Assembly: GCF_006345805.1 (NCBI RefSeq)
Contig: NC_043013.1
Span: 52,638,001-52,702,000, forward strand
Direction: 5' to 3'
Length of the DNA stretch: 64,000 nucleotides
From: Octopus sinensis
Taxonomy: Eukaryota
Shown: one piece after another, positions 53,801 to 64,000 of the stretch
Layout of the letters: each line of letters opens with the position of its first letter
How positions within the stretch are numbered: the first letter of the stretch is position 1
Notes under the pieces: generated by a model
Database searches by the model: none
Told to the model about the DNA's origin: nothing
The model's input: only the letters and a program-made list of their open reading frames with translations
Made by a program: the position numbers and the translations under genes

Positions 53801-54014
53801 CTTCTATGAGTTATACGTTCTTGTCCATGTTGTATTTTTCTACATACCTTAATATATATATACATATATATATATTCATATATATATAGCAAAAGAAGTC
53901 AAGATAGCTTCTATGAGTTATACGTTCTTGTCCATGTTGTATTTTTCTACATACCTTAATATATATATACATATATATATATTCATATATATATAGCAAA
54001 AGAAGTCAAGATAG
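53801..54014 (+). repeat. 107 bp direct tandem duplication
   Basis: cttctatgagttatacgttcttgtccatg...agcaaaagaagtcaagatag occurs twice, at 53801 and 53908. Confidence 0.92.
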
Positions 54015-54221
54015 AAAATGCTAAAATAATTTTATAAAACTACATTTCAGTACCGGTTCCAGTCATTCGGAATTCACAGCGACCTCAAACCCACAAGAGA
54101 GACAGAGACAGGCAGAAGTAAGGAAAATGCCACCTGTAGTTGAACACTATACAAATATTCTTTTAAAAAGACTTTTCTTTTATTTTTCTAAATTTTATTA
54201 TTTTCCATACTTAAATTTGAA

Positions 54222-54577
54222 AAGTATAGACGCAGATATAAATATCTATTTATATGCATATAGGAAAGTAAATATGTGTGAATTTAATTAAATCTGTGTG
54301 TGTGTGGGTGTGGCTGTGTATGCATGAATATATATATATATATGCATATATTCTCACATATATACATACGTACATACCTCTCTCTATATATATCCATTTA
54401 AACGCCTATCCATCCATCTCAAATATGTCTAATCTGTATACGCGCATGTATGTATATATATATATACATGTAAACATAGATATACATTTACACGCACATA
54501 TACACATTTAATTAAATTCACACATATTTACTTTTCCATATGCATATGAATGCATATTTATATCTGCGCCTATACTT
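54222..54577. repeat. Foldback element with ~75 bp inverted arms around microsatellite-like filler
   Basis: aagtatagacgcagatataaata..atgcatataggaaagtaaatatgtgtgaatttaattaaat pairs with atttaattaaattcacacatatttacttttccatatgcat..tatttatatctgcgcctatactt. Confidence 0.8.
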
Positions 54578-54968
54578 ACACAAATACATAGAAATAGACG
54601 TAAGAAAATGAGGTTACGGAAACAAGAAGAACCTGTAGTTTGTATTTGAATAAAGAAGAATAAGAATACATTATACAACAGACAATAAGGAGGGGAGATA
54701 ATCTAATCTAAACAAGGAGGGGAGATAATCTCAATGATCCCACATCTAGAGAACTTTCGCATTAACGATAGAAATCAGGGCGGATTTCTGAATACAAAGG
54801 CACTAAAGAAAGCTCGTGTTTCTGCTTCAATGAGCGTCATCTGAATAGCAGTTGACCTACTTTTAACAAAGGAATCTGTTTGGCTTCTCTGGAAGCGAAT
54901 ATAATTTCCAGAAATCAAGATCATTTTTGTATCTATGTATTAATGCATACACACGCATAGCCTTATAT

Positions 54969-55014
<46 letters not shown>

Positions 55015-55064
55015 AGATATATATATGTATATATATATATATGTATGTGTATATATTTAGATGG

Positions 55065-55113
<49 letters not shown>

Positions 55114-55135
55114 TTTTTGTACATTTGTATGTACA

Positions 55136-55178
<43 letters not shown>

Positions 55179-55521
55179 TATATATACACGCATACACGTG
55201 CATATATGAGGATATAAATCTGCAAAGAAAAGATACCTTGAAAAATATAGTTAAGTTCTTTAAGCAAGAGCTGCAAAGCAAAAGTAGGCCATCGTACACT
55301 CGAACGCAAAACATATATGTAAACACATATACAAACACTTATACAAACAAACAAATACACACACAAACACACACATACAGGCGTATACAAGGAAACAAAC
55401 AAAATCAGGATGCGAGAAACAGATAGCCAGACAGAAAGACAGACAGCCAGATAAGCAATAAGTCAAGATGGCGAGAAAAGAAATTAGAGAACGAACGTCG
55501 TAGACTGAAGACGCAGAGTGA

Positions 55522-55565
<44 letters not shown>

Positions 55566-55634
55566 TAATAATAATAATAAAATAATAATAATATAATATA
55601 ATAATAATAATAATAAAATAATAATAATAATATA

Positions 55635-55687
<53 letters not shown>

Positions 55688-55887
55688 TAATAATAGTAAT
55701 AATAATAATGATAATTATAATAATAATAATAATAATAATAACAATAGTAATAATAATAACAACAACAACAATAATATCAATAATAATAATAGTAATAATA
55801 ATAATTATAAGATGAAGAAGAGTCATAATAATAATGATGATGATGATGAAAATGATGATGAAAATGATGATAATAATAATAATAATG

Positions 55888-55963
<76 letters not shown>

Positions 55964-55990
55964 CAATAATAATAATAATAATAATAATAA
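55522..55990 (+). repeat. (TAA)n/(TGA)n microsatellite
   Basis: Direct reading. Confidence 0.98.
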
Positions 55991-56366
55991 CGACAGAAAA
56001 AATATATGAGATTTGTTATGAGAAAGAATTATTTCATCATTTCACGCGTCTCTCGATTTCTTTTACACTAATTCCTGAAAGATAAGACAGTCTGTTAAGA
56101 CTTTAGTGGTTTCCAGTGAAATCAATCAAAATACAATGGAGTTTATACTGCGATGGACAGACATTAATCTGGTGGAGAACAAGAAAAAGAAGCACAAAAC
56201 AAAATGGCTGATGAGTTAGTCAACGAAGCTAAATTTGCTTGTGCTAGGCGTAGATGTATTACGGTACAGACTTTAAACATCACACACGGCAACTTGTGGA
56301 TACATTGGGATACAGAATATAGTGCTAGAGGCATACACCTACGCACAATTCTGTTTACACATCGGC

Positions 56367-56429
<63 letters not shown>

Positions 56430-56449
56430 CATACATACATTTATATATA

Positions 56450-59400
56450 TCTCTCTATATATAAACGGCAGTTTGTCTGTGCGTGCTTCTGTGTGTCTGT
56501 TTTCTCGTACCCTCACCCTGACCACGGCTTTCAACCGATTCTGATGAAACTTGACACACACATAGCCCAATGTCATAATTCAAAACTAACGCAGCGAAAA
56601 TTTTGAAAAGTTCCCCCAGTTCTGAAAAAATTGATAAATTCGACATGGGGTCGAGAATCATAAACATGAACCACAGACTGTCTAGGGGACGCAACTCGAG
56701 AATCTAAGCTTTTTTTATGCAACGCATTATCTATGGTAGTTTTCACAACTTGCAATCGATTTTCACCAAACTCATGGTGAAGCTTAATGTTACCCTAAGA
56801 AACTCAATTCTGACGTTAGTTTTCCATGCAATACCTTACCATCAGAAACAATCGATAAAATCATGCCATTTTGGGAAATCGCGTTCAAATTCAAGATGAC
56901 ATATTTTCGACAATATCTTTCACAAATTGGCAGGAATCTTTTTTTTTTAACAACGAGCATCATGTCTGCTCCAAGGAGCTATATAGCCCTTTTTATTCCA
57001 ATAGGATACATTATTGGAAAAAATCGGTTAATTTAATCATATGTGGCACACATAGCAAACAAATTTGTGTATTAAACACAAACCAGACTGTCTAGGGGAC
57101 GCAACTTGACCTTTTTAGCTATCGATAATTCGATCCAACCAATTCCTACCAGGAAGAAATTACATTCGAGACTTTACCCCCAACACCGCCACTTCTGCTA
57201 ATAGCTGCTGCAGCCGCAAGTTATTCGAATACTTTTTTGGTTTAAACTTTCTTATAACTACCACCCCAAACGTTTTACCTTCAATTTTTGACGTACCCTA
57301 ACGGTCCTCGGACGCTACTTGCAAACTCTTGGTTTATTATAAACCACTTTTGTCGTGTGCATCAAAAAACTTTTCCTTTCGTTTGTTCAGTTTGATCACT
57401 TTTGACTTTTTCGTTGTTGTCACTCACATTGCTGCCAGCTTTTTGGCCGTTTTTGTACATTTTTATACGTTTTCGGATACTTACCCCACGAGCTCCTTTT
57501 TATTACACCTTTACCAAACACATTGCTATCCACCAAAATACTTACCCCACGTGTTCCTTTTTATAACACCTTGCCAAACACATTGCTATCCACCAAAATG
57601 CCACCCAAGAAGAGAAGGACCCTCCTCAGCCCTCGGACGGCCAAGGCATCGGCTGCCAGGGCTAGAAGGGCACGCGAGACCCACGAGGAAACCGCCTTGC
57701 GCCTCTCGCAAACAGCTTCCCGTTATGCCGCTGCTCAGGCATCTGAAACTACTAGCGACCGTTCTACCCGACTTGCAAGGGTCGCAGCGTACAGATCTTC
57801 CCTCCGCTCGAGGTTGACGAAAGAGCAACAGTCCAGCCAAAACATGCGGGCTTCTTACTGTGCTTCCATCCGCAGAGCTCGCGAGAACCCCGAACAAAGG
57901 GCCATTCGGAATGCGGCTAACGCCATTAGCACTGCCAGGACACGATCTGTCGAAACCTCACAGCAGAGGAGAACTCGCCAAGATGCTGACGCCGCAAACA
58001 AAGCCATGGCCAAAGCTGCCGAAACACCTCAACAGAGGAGAGCTCGCCAAGCTGCTAACGCCGCAAACACAGCCAGGGCTCGATCTGCCGAAACTCCACA
58101 CCAACGGACTATTCGGACATCCAGACATGCCATTAACACTGCTTCTGCTAGGGCTTCAGAGGGTGCTGAGGCGAGAGCTGAAAGGCTTTCAAGGGATGCC
58201 ACTGCTACCGCTGAAGCACGTGCATCTGAATCTGCTGAGGCACGGTGCACTCGACTTGAGAGTATCAACAAACGTCGGGATATCATTCGTGGTGTACGTA
58301 CCCCTGCCCCCGCTTTCTGGTTGTTACTAGCATTCAACTACGACGCCACAATTAACTTCTCCATGCGTGACGACATCAAGATAGGGTCAATGACAATTGT
58401 ATGCCAGTTTTGCAAAGCCAAGAAATGGCCCGGAGAGCCACCTGGTTTGTGCTGCTCTGGTGGCAAAGTGGACCTGCCACCCCTACGGGAACCACCTCAA
58501 CCACTGAAGGATCTCGCGGCGGGTTTAACCCCCGATTCGTCACAATTCCTTGAAATAATTCGAAAGTACAACTGCTCATTCCAAATAACCTCTTTGGGGC
58601 CAAAATTCCTCCCAGAGAAGGCTGGATGCCTACTTCAAAGTGCAGGGACAGGTCTACCATCTTATTGGGTCACTTCTGCCAGACGAGATTCAGCAGTCTT
58701 CTTTCCTCCAAATATACTTCATTGCCGACTACAACCACCAGGTTGATGCACGCCTTGGAATAATACCGGTACAAGCTATGTTCCCCGCAAAGACATTCTC
58801 TCCGTCTCCAAACCATGCTTCATGATATCAACAGCTACGTCTGCAGCTTCAGATATGCCTTGGACAGTGCTCCATCTCCAAACTTCACCGTTGTCATTGA
58901 TGCTGATAAACGACCCCACGGGGAGCACGAACGCCGTTTCAACGCACCTGCGTGCAACGAAATTGCCGCAGTTATACACGGAGAGCAACACAACAGCCGT
59001 GACATAATCATCTCCTCCCGTGGTAACAACCTACACAGGATCAGCGAGACTCACAGATCTTATGACGCGCTTCACTATCCATTGCTTTTCCCTATGGGGA
59101 AGACGGCTACCACTTCGGAATCCTTTACGGCAGCCCTCCAATCAAACTACTGCGGCATCAAAGACGGTTTCCTGCAGGGCGTTCTACTCATACCGGTTCA
59201 TGGTCAGGGAGGGTGAGTTCAACTTATTGCCCCGTTGTCGTCAGCTATTCAACCAGTTCGCCGTCGATATGGCCGCAAAAATGGAATCGGAAAGGCTGCT
59301 ATACATTAAACTTAATCAGACCAAACTTCGCTCCGACTCCTACATTCATCTCCGTGACGGTTTGCAACAAGAAAATGACCCTCGCAACATCGGCAAGCCA

Positions 59401-62400
59401 TGCATTCTACCCTCCACCTTCACGGGAGGACCGCGATATATGCGTGAAAGGACCCAAGACGCCTTGACCTACGTGCGCATTTACGGCCGGCCGGACCTCT
59501 TTATCACCTACACGTGCAATCCCAGCTGCGACGAAATCACTCGCGAACTCCTCCGGGTCAATCTCACACCCATCGACACGACATCGTTGCTAGGGTTTTC
59601 CGTCTGAATTTGGGCAAAATGAAGGATTTGATAGTTAAGAGTCAGATTTTCGGGCATGTCAGGTGCCACATGTTTTCGGTCGAGTGGCAAAAGATGGGCT
59701 TGCCACATGCTCACATCTTAATTTGGCTCACTCATAAAATCGAGACTAATGACATTGACAAATTCATTTCCGCCGAGATTCCTGACCCCGATGAGGACCC
59801 CGGACTCTACGAAATTGTCCGCACTACCATGGTACACGGGCCCTGTGGACCAAATTACGCCAACACACCATGCTACAAAAACGGATTAGCCTGCTCAAAG
59901 GGATTCCCTAAACGGTTCACTTTGGAGACTCAAACAGGCGGCGATGGGTATCCGCTGTACAAACGAAGGAGTCCAGCCAATGGAGGCCGCATGATTACGG
60001 TTGGGCGACATCAAGTGGACAACAGCTACATTGTCCCCTACTGTCCTCTCCTGTCGAAGATATTCAAAGCCCACGTCAACGTTGAGTTCTGCAGCTCCAT
60101 CAGGTCAATACAATATGTTTGCAAATATATCAACAAAGGCAGCGATGCTGCCATGTTCAGCATCCAGAGGACCACCAGTCGCGACGAAGTGTCCAACTAC
60201 TTGGCTGGCCGGTACCTCAGCAGCAACGAAGCGTTTTGGCGCATTTACGGCTTCCCGCTCCATCAGAGACACCCGGCTGTGGTGCAGCTTGCTGTACACT
60301 TGGAAAATGGACAGCAGATTTACTTCACAGAGCAAAGTGCTGTGCAGATAGCCACCAGCCCTAAAGACACAACGTTGACTGGTTTCTTCAAATTATGCCA
60401 ACGTGATGACTTCGCTCGAACGCTTTTGTACCCACAGGTCCCATCGTACTTCGTGTGGTCTAAAAACACCTGGGTTCGACGGAAATCCGGCAAAAACGTC
60501 GAAAGCTTCCCAGGCGTCAAGTTTGACTCCTGCCTGGGTCGAGTTTACAACATCCCGCCAAACCAGCAAGAATGCTTCTACCTCCGTCTCCTTCTACATG
60601 AGGTCACTGGTCCAACAGGTTTCGCCAATATACGTACCGTTAATGGGGTTCTGTGCGACACCTTCAGGGAAGCATGTATGAGACTTGGCCTTCTAGAGGA
60701 TGACTCCCAGTGGGACGCCACGGCATTCGGCCCTACGACATCTTTTCGCAATCCTTCTTCAAAAATGTCAGCTTAGTGATCCACTAAGTCTCTGGATGAA
60801 ATACAGGGATGACATGTCGCACGACTTCTTACGTACGGCTCAGCAACACTGCCCTTCCGCCGAGATCACGTTCACCAACTTCATTTACAATTTTGCGCTC
60901 ATTCAACTCGAAGACGCTGTCATCGATATGGGTGGGTCTGCTTTAACAGAGTACGGCCTTCCACCACCCACACGTGAACACGCCAATGTTATGTCTGCTG
61001 AATTGTTACGCGAAACTTCCTACTGCATTGAGGAACTGCACCAGTACGTCCAAGATAATGAACCACGGCTGCTTCCAGACCAGCGCATAGCCTACAACAC
61101 CATCGTAGACTCTGTCAGACAGCAACGTGGGGGGATTTTCTTCCTTGATGCACCCGGCGGCACTGGCAAAACCTTCGTCACTAAACTAATTCTGGCAGAG
61201 GTCAGACGCAACACGGACATTGCCCTGGCTGTAGCTTCCTCCGGTATCGCGGCCACGTTGCTTCCGGTGGCAGAACCGCCCACTCTGCCTTCAGACTCCC
61301 GCTCGATCTGGCAAAGTCCGAGTCACCTATCTGCAACATCGCCAAGAACTCAGAACAGGCCGACATTCTGCGCAGATGCAAACTCATCGTATGGGACGAG
61401 TGCACTATGGCACACAAAGGCGCCCTTGAGGCACTGGACAGGTCCCTGCAAGACTCTACGGCCCCCATGGGAGGATTAACTTTACTTCTTTCAGGAGACT
61501 TCAGGCAGACTCTACATGTTATTCCAAAAGGAACCCGTGCCGATGCCGTGCGCGCGTGCCTTAAGTCGTCAGCTCTTTGGGCACATGTGCGGCCCTTGCA
61601 CCTCCAAACTAACATGCGCGCGCAGTTAATTGGTGACAGCGGATCCGCTGCATTCTCCAGGGACCTCTTATTGCTCGGTGAAAATAGGATGCTGTCTGAT
61701 GCGGATGGCTACGTTCAATTGGACTCACTTTGCACCATTGTCGACACCCCTGCTAGCCTCCGGGACGCTGTCTTCCACGACCTACAAAACAATTTACGCG
61801 ACCTAAAATGGCTGGCAGGCAGAGCTATTCTCGCACCCAAAAATACAACCGTCAACTCCATCAATATCCAGCTACTTGAAGCTATTCCTGGTGATGTCCA
61901 CGTCTACAAATCTATAGATAGGACAGCAGACCCCGCCCAGCTTGCCGATTATCCTGTTGAATTCCTGAATTCACTTGAACCGCCAGGCCTGCCACCACAC
62001 ATCCTGAAGTTAAAAGTCGGTGCGCCCATTATGCTCATCAGGAATTTGGTTCCACCTAAACAGTGCAACGGCACACGTTTGGTTGTGAAACATTTGGCAC
62101 CACATTTAATAACGGCCACAATACTTACCGGTTGTGGGAAGGGAGAGGACGTCTTCATTCCACGGATGCACCTTCAACCGTCGGGCGCTGACCTACCAAT
62201 CCACTTCAGGCGTTCTCAGTTTCCTGTTAAACTCTGCTTCGCAATGTCCATCAATAAATCCCAAGGCCAAACGCTACAAGTCGCTGGGTTACATTTGGGC
62301 GAACAGTGCTTCGCCCACGGTCAACTCTACGTGGGCTGTTCACGCGTTGGGAGGCGCAATGATGTTTTCATGTTTTCGCCCAAACGGACAGCTAGGAACA

Positions 62401-62548
62401 TCGTATATACAGAAGTATTCCAGTGAAGACAAGACATTGCAACGTCCACATGCACCTTCGTTCCCTGGAGGGAAAGGACTACATTGGGATTAGTCGTTGC
62501 CTACTAGGGGCTCTTACATACCCGGGCAACGCCGGGCTATGCTGCTAG
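56450..62548 (+). mobile_element. Autonomous-type Helitron, 6099 bp
   Basis: A|TC 5' end, 3' hairpin cccgggcaacgccggg (62521-62536) and CTAG|T, no TSD. Both termini are shared with 7773-8889. Encodes RepHel. Confidence 0.96.
57598..62426 (+). pseudogene. Helitron RepHel transposase (HUH Rep plus PIF1-like helicase), split by several frameshifts
   Basis: NLS-like MPPKKRR and Zn motif CQFCKAKKWPGE..CC..GKV. Rep motifs PDLFITYTCNP, VEWQKMGLPHAHIL and YVCKYINK. Helicase motifs FLDAPGGTGKT, IVWDE, GDFRQ, FAMSINKSQGQT and HGQLYVGCSRV. Confidence 0.95.
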
Positions 62549-62786
62549 TATATATATATATATATATATATAGCAATCTATATATATAACAATCTATATA
62601 TATAACGATGTATATATAGGTGTATGAATGTACATCCATATACATATATATGTATATGAATATGTATATATATATATATCAATGTATATATAGGTATATA
62701 AATCTACAAAAATATGCATATATACATATATACATACGTATATATACATATATACACATATACATATATACATATGTATATATGTA

Positions 62787-62841
<55 letters not shown>

Positions 62842-63231
62842 GAATGCATGTGTGTGTAAATATATATATATATGTATATGTATATGTATATATATAAATA
62901 TATATATATACATATATATGTGTGTGTTTGTTTCTACATATGTTCGATTATGGTTGCCCTAATCCAAGTTTTCACACACATATTTAAATCGGATTTTCAA
63001 CCTCCACCATGAGAGTATGTGTATAACTGCTTTTATTTAATTTCTATCTATGTTACAGCATTTACCATCCCATCCACAAATACGCACGTTCACCTATACA
63101 CAAGAACATGCACCTATACAAATTATAGTTGCACAAATGCACACGTATATGTAGTCACGTATATATGTGTATATGTGCGTGAAAGTATAGAAAATTTTAA
63201 GAGAGACGTAGGTATATCTTGGCAAAATTAC

Positions 63232-63263
<32 letters not shown>

Positions 63264-63317
63264 CAGAAAGACAGTCAGACAGAGAGAGACAGACAGGCAG
63301 AAGATAGATAGATAGAT

Positions 63318-63368
<51 letters not shown>

Positions 63369-63415
63369 TATAGACAGACAGACAGACAGACAGATAGACA
63401 GACAGACACACATAC

Positions 63416-63499
<84 letters not shown>

Positions 63500-64000
63500 G
63501 GATAAATTGATAGATAGATGGATAGGTAGATATTCAGTGAGCGATAGATAGATAGAGAGAAAGAGAGATATATTTAGAAAGAGATTGGTTTAGAGAGGGA
63601 GAGAGAGAGAGAGTGAGAGAGAGAGAGAGAGAGAGAAAGAGTGGGAAGTGCGTAAGATAGATATCTAAGTTTGTGTTAATTTTTTACGTGAGAGATAGCT
63701 TTTTAATACGATCTCGCAAATCGGAATGGATTTTAAGCTAAGCTCTTTCTACATTTCATATTATTTCCTTTATTTCTTCACAGATTAATTTCATTTGTTT
63801 TTTTCTGGTTTTTGGTTCATCGTCTCTCTGTTTGTCTGTCTCTTTCTCTCTCTCTCTCTCTTTCTCTCTCCCTCCCTCTTTCGCCTCCCCCTTTTAAGTT
63901 TATTAGTTTCTTTTCATTCTTTTTTATTCATACCAACAATATATATCTCACGGATTATTCTTTGTATATTACTATCAGCGTTTCTTTACCGCCATTGCTC

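Noticed and set aside
56204-56240. CTGATGA-gtt agtc aac-GAAG as a hammerhead, and the overlapping 86 aa ORF
   Set aside because: GAAG replaces GAAA and no stem I/III complementarity was found. The ORF resembles no family I recognise.

Overview
AT-rich, microsatellite-saturated animal genomic DNA. The repeat landscape suggests an octopus or other coleoid cephalopod (inference, not verified). Most ORF-track entries are microsatellite artefacts. One host gene is recognisable: an intronless FAM177A-family ORF (18311-18763, minus). The rest is transposon-derived. It includes a near-complete 6.1 kb Helitron (56450-62548) with a 1.1 kb internally inverted non-autonomous relative (7773-8889), a full-length mariner (29132-30420), nested CR1-type LINEs (26135-29125), R4/Dong-like LINE ends, a Penelope-like element (PLE) remnant with RT and GIY-YIG domains (9690-11385), MITEs and many tRNA-derived SINEs. 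The most striking theme is self-cleaving RNA. Several PLE terminal-repeat families carry type I hammerhead ribozyme (HHR) motifs, usually in (TA)n tracts and often as back-to-back inverted pairs. A 3.6-copy tandem array of a ~730 bp unit (51147-53776) contains all three hammerhead strands with complementary stems, but in a non-cyclic order that fits none of types I, II or III. This is a candidate new pseudoknotted hammerhead topology. All folds were read by eye and are untested.
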